In this document: positions 1-9,290 of the stretch, piece after piece
Numbering within the stretch: position 1 is the stretch's first letter
How the letters are laid out: every line of letters starts with the position of its first letter
DNA from: Marinoscillum sp.
GTDB taxonomy: Bacteria > Bacteroidota > Bacteroidia > Cytophagales > MED-G16
Assembly: GCA_042095375.1 (NCBI GenBank)
Contig: JBELBJ010000006.1
Coordinates: 1,169-65,168, forward strand
DNA: 64,000 nucleotides
Direction: 5' to 3'
The notes under the pieces: generated by a model
What the model was told of the DNA's origin: nothing
Seen by the model: the letters and a program-made list of their open reading frames with translations, nothing else
The model's database searches: none
Translations under genes and position numbers: made by a program

Positions 1-1197
1 ATTTATAGATTTACTATAATCTTCAATTGCACCTTTATAATTTTTTAATATATTTTTTATGACACCTCTATTATGATAGGCTTCTGCATAATTTGGATTA
101 AGTTGTATGGCATCAGTATAGTCAGTAATAGCTTTATAATATTGCTCTTTATTTTTATAAATAATTCCTCTATTATAAAAAGCGATTGGATCTTCAGGGT
201 AAATCTCAATTGCTTTTGTATAGTCAGCTAAAGCTCCAGACTGATCCCCTAAATTATCTTTTATAAGACCACGATTATAATAAGCCATAGAATAATTAGG
301 ATTAAGCTCAATAGCTGAGTTATAATCTTGAATAGATCTTTCATAGTCTTTTAATTCATTTTTAATTACTCCTCTATTATAAAATGCCATAGCATAATTT
401 GGGTTAAGCTCTATAGCTTTTGTATAATCAGAAATAGCAGCATAATAATCTTTGTAAATACCTTTCTCGTATGCGTTATAAAAATATTCCTCTGCGGAAT
501 TAAATAATGTTTTTTTATAAAAAGTTGGTATGCCAATTGCATTATTAAATCCTTGCTTCACAGCATCTAACCTTTTTAACTTAGATGGATATCTGGATTT
601 TAGATTATCTTCTTCCGGATGATTTAGTTTATCAAGAGGTGAAGAAGCTTGAGAAAGTGTTGCGCCTAGTTTAGCTAAAACAAAACCAGCAAATTTATCG
701 GCTTCCAATTCTTCCCATCTTCTATCTTCAATAGATAAATCAGGAGCTAAAACATGTCCATTAATATGATGCCCAACCTCATGAGCAAGAACCCACATAT
801 TAAACCAATAATTTATATTCGAATCTATTTCTTCCATAAACTCTTTATCATAAATTATATATCTAATTCCGTTTTTTGTAGTTGCAAATGCATTTGATGT
901 ATTTTTACAAGCCTTAAGAACAAATCTTTTAGATGCTCCAATTGTTGATAAAATAATATCTAATATTTTATTTGCCTGTTCCTCAGAAAAAGATTCATTT
1001 TCATCGACATAATAAGAGTCACAAACTTCTTCCAATTTTCTTTCTATATTTTCAGATTTAAAGATTTTTTTAATTTCTAAAGTAGGATTATTATTATTAA
1101 TATCCTTGTTTGATTTATTTTGCCACTCAACTAAGATATCTTGTGAAAAAGCGTTTGAGCTAATTAAACAAATAAGAAATAAAAATCTGAAATGCAC
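1..1197 (-). CDS. Secreted HExxH metallopeptidase-like protein with C-terminal TPR repeats (partial; 3' end runs off the window)
   Basis: Absent from the ORF track because it has no stop inside the window. My reverse-strand translation from GTG at 1197 reads VHFRFLFLICLISSNAFSQ (signal-peptide-like), then MWVLAHEVGHHINGHVL (HExxH, about 730-790). It stays open in frame to base 1 (last codons ...YKGAIEDYSKSIN). TPR-like units of about 102 nt are visible at 1-480. Confidence 0.6.
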   Translation of the reverse strand, partial: MHFRFLFLICLISSNAFSQDILVEWQNKSNKDINNNNPTLEIKKIFKSENIERKLEEVCDSYYVDENESFSEEQANKILDIILSTIGASKRFVLKACKNTSNAFATTKNGIRYIIYDKEFMEEIDSNINYWFNMWVLAHEVGHHINGHVLAPDLSIEDRRWEELEADKFAGFVLAKLGATLSQASSPLDKLNHPEEDNLKSRYPSKLKRLDAVKQGFNNAIGIPTFYKKTLFNSAEEYFYNAYEKGIYKDYYAAISDYTKAIELNPNYAMAFYNRGVIKNELKDYERSIQDYNSAIELNPNYSMAYYNRGLIKDNLGDQSGALADYTKAIEIYPEDPIAFYNRGIIYKNKEQYYKAITDYTDAIQLNPNYAEAYHNRGVIKNILKNYKGAIEDYSKSIN

Positions 1198-1238
1198 GAT
1201 AGGTTTATAACGATAAAATGAAAATAAGATTACATTTA

Positions 1239-1493
1239 TCACTTATAATTTAATTTGAAATATAAGATAATTAACGCACAAGATCCAACAAATAAATTAG
1301 CAGATATAATCGCGACGTCTTGTTTATTAAATGCATAGATTAGCCAGACTACATTACTTAATAATATAATTAATATCATAACAAGAGATAAATCTCGTGC
1401 TGACTTTAATTTCCATGTCCTATAAACCTGAGGTAAGAAAGTTATACCAGAAAGAAAAGCTCCAAATAATCCAATTATGTCAATATATTCCAT
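1239..1493 (-). CDS. SemiSWEET / PQ-loop (MtN3 family) small sugar transporter
   Basis: About 84 aa with three hydrophobic helices and a PQ-loop motif (GITFLPQVYRTWKLKSARDLSL). I prefer the ATG at 1493 (MEYIDIIGLFGAF...), which resembles known SemiSWEET N-termini. The ORF track extends to 1523, which would overlap pckA by 20 nt. Confidence 0.7.
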   Translation of the reverse strand: MEYIDIIGLFGAFLSGITFLPQVYRTWKLKSARDLSLVMILIILLSNVVWLIYAFNKQDVAIISANLFVGSCALIILYFKLNYK

Positions 1494-1503
1494 TTTTTTA
1501 TTT

Positions 1504-3075
1504 TTAAATATTTGGTCCAGCAATTATAATTTTATTTGATGCAAAACTCTCAAATTTTTTAAAATTATTTTTAAAATGAAGGGCTAACTTGTTAAGATTT
1601 TTATGATATTCTGATTCTTTTTTCCAAAGGTTTTTTTGACTTAAAATTTCATCTGGTACATTGGGGCAAACTTTTGGGATTAAAAAATTAAAGACTGGAT
1701 GAACATTATATTTTCCTGAATTAATTTTATCTAAAACTCCGTTATTAGCAGCATTAATCATTGCCCTTGTATATTTCAGATCTATTCGTCTACCAACTCC
1801 AAATGGTCCTCCAATCCAACCTGTATTTACCAACCATGTTTTCACATTACTTTTTTCAATATTTTTAATTAACATATCTGCATAAATTAAAGGATTCAGT
1901 GGCATAAATGGGCTACCAAAACATGCTGAAAAAATTGGTATTGGATCATCAACACCAATTTCAGTCCCTGCAAGTTTTGAAGTATACCCTGATATAAAGT
2001 GATATGCCGCTTGATTTGAGGAGAGCATTGAAATAGGTGGTAAAACCCCAAAAGCATCGGCAGTTAAAAAGAAAATATTTTTAGGGTTATTCCCTATTGA
2101 TGGAGTAGCAATGTTTTTAATATGGTGTATAGGATAACTGACTCTTGTATTTTGAGATATAGTTTTATCTTTATAATCTACTACTCCATCAGAGTCTAAA
2201 ATAACATTTTCTAAAAGAGCTCCGGGTTTTATAGCGTTAAATATATCGGGTTCATCTTTCTGAGATAAGTTTAAAACTTTAGCGTAGCATCCCCCTTCAA
2301 AATTAAATATATTATTATCTTGATCCCAACCATGTTCATCATCACCAATAAGATTCCTTCCTTTTTCTGTAGATAAAGTTGTCTTTCCAGTCCCTGATAA
2401 TCCAAAAAAAATAGATGTTTCTCCATTTTTACTAAAGTTTGCACTACAATGCATGGGTAATACATTCTTATTTTTAGGAAGAATAAAGTTTAAAACTGAA
2501 AAAATGCCTTTTTTAATCTCGCCAGTATAAGCAGTCCCTCCAATTAAAATTATTTTTTTTGAAAAATTAATTATTGAAAAATTTTCACTTTCTATGTTAT
2601 CATTTTGAGGATCCGCTTTAAAATTTGGTGCACTAATTATCGTCCAATCTTGATTTTGATTTGTTGACTTCTCTCTAATAAACATATTGAAAATAAATAA
2701 GTCATTCCAAGCAAGTTCACATATTGTTCTAATGTTTATTTGATACTTATCAATTGCGCAAGCGCATGAATCTCTAACATATAGTTCTTTACCCGAAAGA
2801 TATTTTGTTACTTTTTTATAAAGTAAATTAAAAACACTTTCTTTTACCGGTTTATTTATCTCACTCCACAAAACATTTTCACTTGTTATTTTATCTTTAA
2901 CAAAGTATCTATCTTTTGGAGATCTACCTGTAAATTTTCCTGTATTTACCGAAAGAACATCATTACTTGTTAGAAGCCCTTGTTTTTTATGAATTGTAAT
3001 TTTATACAATTCTTTAACTGATAAATTATAATAAACTTTTGAATTTAAAATACCATAGACTTCTATGTTATTCAT
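1504..3075 (-). CDS. pckA: Phosphoenolpyruvate carboxykinase (ATP)
   Basis: 523 aa. It has the kinase-1a P-loop GLSGTGKTTLS, the LIGDDEHGW motif, and the length and overall pattern of ATP-type PckA. Confidence 0.95.
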   Translation of the reverse strand: MNNIEVYGILNSKVYYNLSVKELYKITIHKKQGLLTSNDVLSVNTGKFTGRSPKDRYFVKDKITSENVLWSEINKPVKESVFNLLYKKVTKYLSGKELYVRDSCACAIDKYQINIRTICELAWNDLFIFNMFIREKSTNQNQDWTIISAPNFKADPQNDNIESENFSIINFSKKIILIGGTAYTGEIKKGIFSVLNFILPKNKNVLPMHCSANFSKNGETSIFFGLSGTGKTTLSTEKGRNLIGDDEHGWDQDNNIFNFEGGCYAKVLNLSQKDEPDIFNAIKPGALLENVILDSDGVVDYKDKTISQNTRVSYPIHHIKNIATPSIGNNPKNIFFLTADAFGVLPPISMLSSNQAAYHFISGYTSKLAGTEIGVDDPIPIFSACFGSPFMPLNPLIYADMLIKNIEKSNVKTWLVNTGWIGGPFGVGRRIDLKYTRAMINAANNGVLDKINSGKYNVHPVFNFLIPKVCPNVPDEILSQKNLWKKESEYHKNLNKLALHFKNNFKKFESFASNKIIIAGPNI

Positions 3076-3223
3076 TTATAATTTTTGGGTTATTTTAAAT
3101 GATGTTTTTAAAAAAAATCTATGTTCCAAAAATAATCATCCTAATAATATATTCATAATCATTTAATGATAAACCTATAAAGATGAAGAGAAAATAAAAA
3201 AACGGTTATGTATATTTGGTGTA

Positions 3224-3934
3224 ATGAAAAAAAAATATCTTATAAAATATTCTTTTGAGTTTGTGGTAATTGTTCTAGGTATAAGTGTGTCTTTTTGGCT
3301 TAATGAATTATCTATTGATAATCAAAATGAAGATGAAAGAATAAAAGTTTTAAATAGTCTTAAAATGGAGATTAATGAGATAAGGGATTATACGAATGAG
3401 CGTGAAAAAACCTGGATGACGGATCTCAGACTTCTTAATGAATTGCTTTTGCCTCGAAATGGAATTATTGATACTGATTCAATTTTAAAAATTACAACTG
3501 CTAAATCTAGAATTGAAACTTTTTTAGTCATTTATAGAGTTTTTGATCCCCCAATGAATAGATACTACTCTATTATTAATTCTGGAGACCTAAAGTTTGT
3601 AAAATCAAATAAAATAAAAGAGATATTAAGTAGGCTTCATAACACCTCATTTTCATATGTTGAAACAACAGTAGAATATGAGAAACAACTTAAACAGAGT
3701 TTCCTTCCATTCATTTCTCAAAATCATCCTGAAATAATATTAGCTAGAGATGATAACTCCGTGTCAATGAAAAAATATATAGATATACTAAGTCAATCAA
3801 TTAAAAATGATAAAAAGCTAAAAGCAAACTTTATTATGGTAAAAAGGTACCTTGATTACAAGTTAAGCTTCTTAAGACTTTATGTTGTAAGCTTGGATGA
3901 TTTAGAAAGAGAAATTGATTTAGTTTTAGACTAG
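3224..3934 (+). CDS. Hypothetical N-terminally membrane-anchored protein
   Basis: 236-aa ORF with one N-terminal TM helix (FEFVVIVLGISVSFWL) followed by a coiled-coil-like region. It resembles an uncharacterised family common in Flavobacteriia. A TATATTTG box lies at 3211-3218. Confidence 0.5.
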   Translation: MKKKYLIKYSFEFVVIVLGISVSFWLNELSIDNQNEDERIKVLNSLKMEINEIRDYTNEREKTWMTDLRLLNELLLPRNGIIDTDSILKITTAKSRIETFLVIYRVFDPPMNRYYSIINSGDLKFVKSNKIKEILSRLHNTSFSYVETTVEYEKQLKQSFLPFISQNHPEIILARDDNSVSMKKYIDILSQSIKNDKKLKANFIMVKRYLDYKLSFLRLYVVSLDDLEREIDLVLD

Positions 3935-4486
3935 TTATAAAACACCTTGATTTTGAGAATCAATCGTAACTTCACCTGAATTTTGTTGTAATTGATTTAA
4001 CATTGACATCATATCAAAAAAATCTTGCTCACGTGCTATTTTCCCATTTTTAATACTCACCAATGTTGTGCCAGATAAATCTAATTTATTGCCAGAAGCA
4101 GGTATACCAAAAAAATCACCGGTATGTGTACCTTTAAAATTCCAATATTTTACAATTTTATCTCCCTGACCAAAAGCATCTACAATTGTAAATTCCACTT
4201 CAGAAAATCCGAGAAAATAATTTAAATAAAAGTTTTTTACAGCCTCTATGCCAACAAGATTTCCTTCTGTTGTTACAATTACAACATCTTCAGTAAAATA
4301 TTTTTCATTTACAATTGATGTATCTCCCTTAAAAAATTCTCCCCAAACATATTTATACATCTCAAGGTCTTTTTCTAGCTGAACTTGAGCATCTATCACT
4401 TGCTTTTGCTCTTGAGTTGGGCCGCCACAATTAAATAATAGAATAATGAAAATAGAGGAAAATATAAGGTTTAAAGATTTTATCAT
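3935..4486 (-). CDS. SnoaL-like (ester cyclase / NTF2-fold) lipoprotein
   Basis: Lipoprotein signal (IFIILLFNCGG). The body matches the ester-cyclase pattern (GIEAVKNFYLNYFLGF...WNFKGTHTGDFFGIPASGNKL). It abuts the convergent gene 3224-3934 with zero spacer. Confidence 0.6.
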   Translation of the reverse strand: MIKSLNLIFSSIFIILLFNCGGPTQEQKQVIDAQVQLEKDLEMYKYVWGEFFKGDTSIVNEKYFTEDVVIVTTEGNLVGIEAVKNFYLNYFLGFSEVEFTIVDAFGQGDKIVKYWNFKGTHTGDFFGIPASGNKLDLSGTTLVSIKNGKIAREQDFFDMMSMLNQLQQNSGEVTIDSQNQGVL

Positions 4487-4610
4487 AATAGATTTTTTTT
4501 AATAAATAATTTAAATAACCACACTAAAATAGAAAAAAAATATGATTTATAATTATATAATCTTATTAATGTATCATATATATTTGAAATCTAATTTAAA
4601 CTTAACAATT

Positions 4611-5114
4611 ATGAAAAAAATAATTTTATTGATGAGTATAGTTTTTTTATATTCTTGTAATAACACAAATACTATGAGCGAAGTTGAATCCTCAAATAAT
4701 AATTATGCGAGGAATCTTGAGTCAGCTCAAAATTTTATGAAATTACATGAAATAGAAGATCTAGAGTCTCAAATTGCTATGTTATCTGATGATTTAATCC
4801 ATGAACCTCCTAGATATGGAGCCGAACTCCAAGATAAAGATGGTTTTATTAATGATGTAAAAGGATATCAAGATAATTTTGAAAATATGAAATTTACTCC
4901 TACTTACTGGCTTCCTGGAAGTGATTCTCTTGGAAACATGAATGGTAGTGTAAGAGTGTATGGTGTTTGGACAGCAACTCATACACCAACTCAAAAAAGT
5001 ATAAATCTTAAGTCTTACCATTATTGGGATTTTGATGATGGTGGCTTAATCATACAAGCTGGTGATTATTTTGATGCAACTGGTATGATGATGTCATTAG
5101 CATCTGACGAATAA
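4611..5114 (+). CDS. Hypothetical lipoprotein (possibly NTF2/SnoaL-like)
   Basis: I prefer the internal ATG at 4611, giving MKKIILLMSIVFLYSCNN (lipobox). A TATATTTG box at 4579-4586 lies inside the longer track ORF that starts at 4542. Confidence 0.55.
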   Translation: MKKIILLMSIVFLYSCNNTNTMSEVESSNNNYARNLESAQNFMKLHEIEDLESQIAMLSDDLIHEPPRYGAELQDKDGFINDVKGYQDNFENMKFTPTYWLPGSDSLGNMNGSVRVYGVWTATHTPTQKSINLKSYHYWDFDDGGLIIQAGDYFDATGMMMSLASDE

Positions 5115-5133
5115 CTTAATAAGTAATACATAA

Positions 5134-5159
5134 AAAAGGATCCTAATGGATCTTTTTTT
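5134..5159 (+). terminator. Rho-independent terminator-like hairpin (A-tract/T-tract flanked, potentially bidirectional)
   Basis: aaaaggatcc-taat-ggatcttttt forms a 10-bp stem (one G-U pair) with a 4-nt loop and a T-run, 20 nt after the stop at 5114. Confidence 0.6.
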
Positions 5160-5200
5160 ATGTTGTTTTTAAACTTGATAGCTTTATTTAATTATAAAAA

Positions 5201-5623
5201 ATGGAAAAAGAGTTTAATAAATTTCTTGAGTTTCATAAAGTAAACGGAGGAACAGGAAAAATTTTTAAATTTAAATTAATTGAATACAGAAAGGGGTTTT
5301 TAAAATTAGAAGGTCAATTCCCTTCTGAAACTCTCAACCCAAGTAAGACTGTGCAAGGTGGACAAATAAATTCTATGCTGGATGATGTTACAAGCATACT
5401 TTTAATTTATGAGTCTAAAGGAACCTCATACCCTAACTCAACCAATCTTCATAGCATACACCATAGACCTTTGTTTGGAGGAGAAGTTGTTGCAACAGCT
5501 GAAATTATAAAAAAAGGAAAAACTATATCTACAGTTAAAGGTGAAGTGTTTAATCCTGAAGGAAAATTAGCAGCCACATTAATTCATACTGCTGTAATTA
5601 TGAAAAGTGATTTTAAGATGTGA
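5201..5623 (+). CDS. PaaI-family hotdog-fold thioesterase
   Basis: 140 aa with the TVQGGQINSMLDDV motif typical of PaaI/YbgC-type thioesterases. Confidence 0.7.
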   Translation: MEKEFNKFLEFHKVNGGTGKIFKFKLIEYRKGFLKLEGQFPSETLNPSKTVQGGQINSMLDDVTSILLIYESKGTSYPNSTNLHSIHHRPLFGGEVVATAEIIKKGKTISTVKGEVFNPEGKLAATLIHTAVIMKSDFKM

Positions 5624-5648
5624 TAGTAATCAGAAAAAATTCAATCTA

Positions 5649-6518
5649 TTATAAAAATATATTTTCTAATTTTAAATTAGCACTAGGTTTCACATTACTT
5701 ATAGTTGGACCATATGATTGGCCATCCTTTAAGATATTATAAAAATCATTTAATTCGATATTAAACAATTCTTTAAATGCCGTCTTCCAATTATTTTTAT
5801 CAGCATTTTTTTCCCAAAAATCTTTATAAACCATCCTAAAAGCTTTCTCTTCAGAGATATTTTGTTTTTGCAATTCTTTTACAAGAACTAATACCATAAA
5901 TACAGAAGATGCATAATTTTGATCTTTAGGACCATTTGAATCATAACTTTCATATATTTCAGGAGTAGAGGTAACAGCCACATCAATATTAGCTTGAGAA
6001 TTTGAAAAATAATCATAGGAATAATACTGTTGTATATATAATGATTCAAAGGATGCCGCACCTCCTTCAGCCATCCATTTTAACTCAAGACCATCTGGCT
6101 TGAAAAAATTTTCGGATAACCCCATTTGATAGGCATGAAATACTTCATGAGGAATTACAGAATATCTATGCATATCTTTATTTGTAAATTCTGATTCTGG
6201 TATCTCTAATACCATATACCTTTCTTTACTATTTCCACAAATACAAGCACCATCTGCATTTCCTATTTGTTTTTTATATGGCTTATCAGCGCTGCTTTTC
6301 CATGCATAAATATCTAATTCAGGAAAATAACTAGTAGGTTTAACAGGAATATGTTTATCCAAATTTCCCATAATTACATTAAACTCATCTATCCAATCTT
6401 GAGGTAAGCTGCTATGCAAATTATAATTGAATTTAAACTTATCTGGAACAACATTATCATCATCCTTATTACATGAGAGAGATAAAAAGAAAACTAAATA
6501 AAAGAAGTATTTTTTCAT
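5649..6518 (-). CDS. Hypothetical lipoprotein with HExxH motif (putative metalloprotease)
   Basis: Lipobox FFLSLSCNK and a single HExxH (VIPHEVFHAYQMG). I recognise no further family. Confidence 0.5.
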   Translation of the reverse strand: MKKYFFYLVFFLSLSCNKDDDNVVPDKFKFNYNLHSSLPQDWIDEFNVIMGNLDKHIPVKPTSYFPELDIYAWKSSADKPYKKQIGNADGACICGNSKERYMVLEIPESEFTNKDMHRYSVIPHEVFHAYQMGLSENFFKPDGLELKWMAEGGAASFESLYIQQYYSYDYFSNSQANIDVAVTSTPEIYESYDSNGPKDQNYASSVFMVLVLVKELQKQNISEEKAFRMVYKDFWEKNADKNNWKTAFKELFNIELNDFYNILKDGQSYGPTISNVKPSANLKLENIFL

Positions 6519-6572
6519 AACAAAATGAGTTTGTTAATAAACAAAGATATGAAAATTAACGCTTTATCTTTT

Positions 6573-7190
6573 TCATTTAAAATTATTAGATTTTTTCAAA
6601 ATTTTTTTATGAATTTTTAAAACCTTTGGCAATAATAAGTTGTTCTCATTATTATCAATCACTTCATCGCAAAAATTAATAGCTTTTTTGACATCCATTT
6701 GGGTTTTAATAATTTTAACTATATCATCCTCATTTTTTTCTTGATCTCTCTGCAATACTCGTTTAATTCTAATGTTTCTTTCAGCAGAGACATATATTAA
6801 AAAATCTAACTCTTTATATGATTCAGATTCTATTATTAATGCGGATTCTTTAACCAAATAGTCATTATTTGAATTTTTTTTAATCCAAAAATGAAAGTCT
6901 TCTTTTACAAAAGGATGAACCAAACTATTAATCTTTAGTCTATGAGAATTGTTTTCAAAAATCTTATTAGACAAAAATTGATTATCTATTTTATTGTTTT
7001 TATAAGATTCGATTCCAAAATTATTAATGATTTCTTTTTTTAAATCCTCGTTGTTATTCATCAATACCTTAGCTCTGCCATCAGATAAATAAATAGGAAC
7101 CCCAAGAGTATTTAAAATTTTACATATTAAAGATTTACCTGCACCTACTCCTCCCGTTATCCCAACCAAAAAAGGACTTTTTTTGGTCAT
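6573..7190 (-). CDS. coaE: Dephospho-CoA kinase
   Basis: N-terminal P-loop VGITGGVGAGKS and about 200 aa, matching the CoaE pattern. Confidence 0.9.
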   Translation of the reverse strand: MTKKSPFLVGITGGVGAGKSLICKILNTLGVPIYLSDGRAKVLMNNNEDLKKEIINNFGIESYKNNKIDNQFLSNKIFENNSHRLKINSLVHPFVKEDFHFWIKKNSNNDYLVKESALIIESESYKELDFLIYVSAERNIRIKRVLQRDQEKNEDDIVKIIKTQMDVKKAINFCDEVIDNNENNLLLPKVLKIHKKILKKSNNFK

Positions 7191-7192
7191 AA

Positions 7193-7486
7193 TTAATTAT
7201 TAAGATTACTCATCTCATATGAAATAGAATTTTTATCTATTTGAATTCGTGTTCCTCTATCTATTTCTAGAGTTATAGTTTTTTTTTCAATAGAAATGAC
7301 TTTACCATGAATTCCTCCAACAGTAATAATTTTATTCCCTTTTTTTAAATTTTCAATAAATTCACTTTGCTTTTTCTCTTTAACTTGACCTGGTCTAATT
7401 ATAAAAAAATAGAATACAGCTAAAATTGCTATAGGAAAAAAAAGTTGAGCAAAACCGAATCCTTGTCCAGCTTGTAATAATATCAT
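7193..7486 (-). CDS. yajC: Preprotein translocase subunit YajC
   Basis: 97 aa with a single TM helix followed by RPGQVKEKK...GDKIITVGGIHGKV, the characteristic YajC layout. Confidence 0.85.
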   Translation of the reverse strand: MILLQAGQGFGFAQLFFPIAILAVFYFFIIRPGQVKEKKQSEFIENLKKGNKIITVGGIHGKVISIEKKTITLEIDRGTRIQIDKNSISYEMSNLNN

Positions 7487-7491
7487 AAAAA

Positions 7492-7986
7492 CTATTTACC
7501 AACTACTTGAGCTTTGATCAATAATTTTTTGACCTTTTCTTGAGTGTTAGAGGTTATTGTAACAACTTTATTTTGAATTCCAGGTTTATTACTAGAATCA
7601 AATTGAACTTGAATTTCTCCTGATCCACCAGGTGGAATTGGTTCTTTAGGCCAAGCAGGAACAGTACAGCCACATGCTGCAGTAGCTTTTGAGATAATCA
7701 ACGGTGCTTCCCCTACATTACTAAATCTAAATGTATGTCCTACAATAGCCCCATCTTTAATTTCACCAAAATTATATTCTTCTTCAACAAACTGAAATTT
7801 TGGATAAAGAGCTGAAGCAGTAGAAGAACTAACACCTCCTCTTTTTAATGCTGCAACTTCAGTTTCTAATTTTGCAACCCTCATTTCTAAATCCTTTATA
7901 GGTCCATTACAACTCATTAAAAAGACAAACGTTAAAAGAGGGAAAACAAACCTAATTGGTTTTAAATATTTTTTATATCTATTCAT
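7492..7986 (-). CDS. DUF1573 domain lipoprotein
   Basis: Lipobox FVFLMSCNG. The domain shows F.F.N.G..PL.I....ACGCTVP, typical of DUF1573. Confidence 0.7.
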   Translation of the reverse strand: MNRYKKYLKPIRFVFPLLTFVFLMSCNGPIKDLEMRVAKLETEVAALKRGGVSSSTASALYPKFQFVEEEYNFGEIKDGAIVGHTFRFSNVGEAPLIISKATAACGCTVPAWPKEPIPPGGSGEIQVQFDSSNKPGIQNKVVTITSNTQEKVKKLLIKAQVVGK

Positions 7987-8282
7987 TTTTTTTTCATTTT
8001 TGTGAGTATACCATCAACATCTTTCAATAATTTTTCAGCTTTATCCTTTGCATCATTTACCACCTTTTTTTCTTCCTTTCCAGATGCTGACTTTTTAATA
8101 TCTTTATCTTCTAAAATTTCTTCTAAAAGATCTTGAATCCTTAACTTATATTTATTTAATCTATAAGTCAATCTATCACGTGTATTATTACCTCTATCAG
8201 GAGCAAATAACACTCCAAAAACTCCACCAAGTAGTAAACCTACAAAGAAGGAAATTATTGAATTAGATGAATTTTTACTCAT
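7983..8282 (-). CDS. YtxH domain protein
   Basis: 99 aa. The N-terminal FFVGLLLGGVFGVLFAPDRGNNTRDRL is followed by a charged helix. It overlaps the next gene by 4 nt. Confidence 0.7.
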   Translation of the reverse strand: MSKNSSNSIISFFVGLLLGGVFGVLFAPDRGNNTRDRLTYRLNKYKLRIQDLLEEILEDKDIKKSASGKEEKKVVNDAKDKAEKLLKDVDGILTKMKKK

Positions 8283-8293
8283 TTTATAACAAT

Positions 8294-9250
8294 TTATTTA
8301 TTATCAATTAATCCTTTACCTGTTTTCTTAATTTTATCAATCATTTTTTTTGATAAAATATCAAGTACTCCATTAATAAAATTTTTACTCTTTGGAGTAC
8401 TATATTTTTTTGCTATATCAATGTATTCATTAATGGTAACTTTAACTGGTATATTATGAAAATATAAAAATTCACATATTCCCATTTTTAAAAGAATTCT
8501 ATCAATTGTAGAGATTCTTTCTATATCCCAATTTTGACAATTATCACTAATTAAACTGTCAAAAATTTTATTGCCATCCAATACACCTTCAAACAAATTT
8601 TTCGCAAAAGATTTATCATCTGACAAATCATTAGATAAATCTGCGATTGTAAATTTATCTAATTTTATTGAATTAAGTGAATTTAAGGTCTTCTTTATCA
8701 TTGATTTAAGTATTGATTTATCTTCTTCCCAAAATAAATCCTTTTCCGAAAAATGTTTATTAATTTCCTCATTCTTAAATATAAAATTTAGAGATATATA
8801 GTTCAAAATTTTTAAATCATTTTCAAAATCTGTTTCAATTTGATTTTGATATTTAATAATTTCATCATTTTTTAATAAAGATTTATACCATATTTTTATA
8901 TCATCATTTGTCGAATTAATATCTAAATCATAATTCATAAATTCTTTGTTAAGCATTTTATTTTCCTTGATAAACTTTATTATTTTATTATCAGACAGAT
9001 TATAATTTGATTCTGGTTTCTTTACAACCATTTCCTTAGAGATCTCTTTATCAATTAAATTTAAATTTAGAAAGTGTATTGGTGTTATTAAGATTTCAAA
9101 ATACATGGGATAGATTAAATCAATAGACTTTTCTAGATCTGAAAAAACTTTCTCGGAATAATTGCTATAACTCTCAGCGTGTTTATAAGTTTTTTCATAT
9201 GAGTACAATAATTGTAAAACACGTATACGTAAGGCTCTTCTACTAAGCAT
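8294..9250 (-). CDS. nusB: Transcription antitermination factor NusB (long Bacteroidota form)
   Basis: N-terminal RRALRIRVLQLLYS and a C-terminal NusB core (DRILLKMGICEFLYFHNIPVKVTINEYIDIAKKYSTPKSKNFINGVLD). Confidence 0.8.
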   Translation of the reverse strand: MLSRRALRIRVLQLLYSYEKTYKHAESYSNYSEKVFSDLEKSIDLIYPMYFEILITPIHFLNLNLIDKEISKEMVVKKPESNYNLSDNKIIKFIKENKMLNKEFMNYDLDINSTNDDIKIWYKSLLKNDEIIKYQNQIETDFENDLKILNYISLNFIFKNEEINKHFSEKDLFWEEDKSILKSMIKKTLNSLNSIKLDKFTIADLSNDLSDDKSFAKNLFEGVLDGNKIFDSLISDNCQNWDIERISTIDRILLKMGICEFLYFHNIPVKVTINEYIDIAKKYSTPKSKNFINGVLDILSKKMIDKIKKTGKGLIDNK

Positions 9251-9290
9251 ATCTATTAATTTAAAGAACGATAATTTTTTGTAAAATTAA

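Noticed and set aside
4542-4610. Upstream N-terminal extensions offered by the ORF track (4542, 1523, 23196, 51204, 57956, 61353)
   Set aside because: In each case an internal ATG gives a canonical N-terminus. These are a lipoprotein or signal peptide, MYAIVE for L21, MIKVTV for S21, and the SemiSWEET start. The extension would cross a promoter-like box or the upstream gene.
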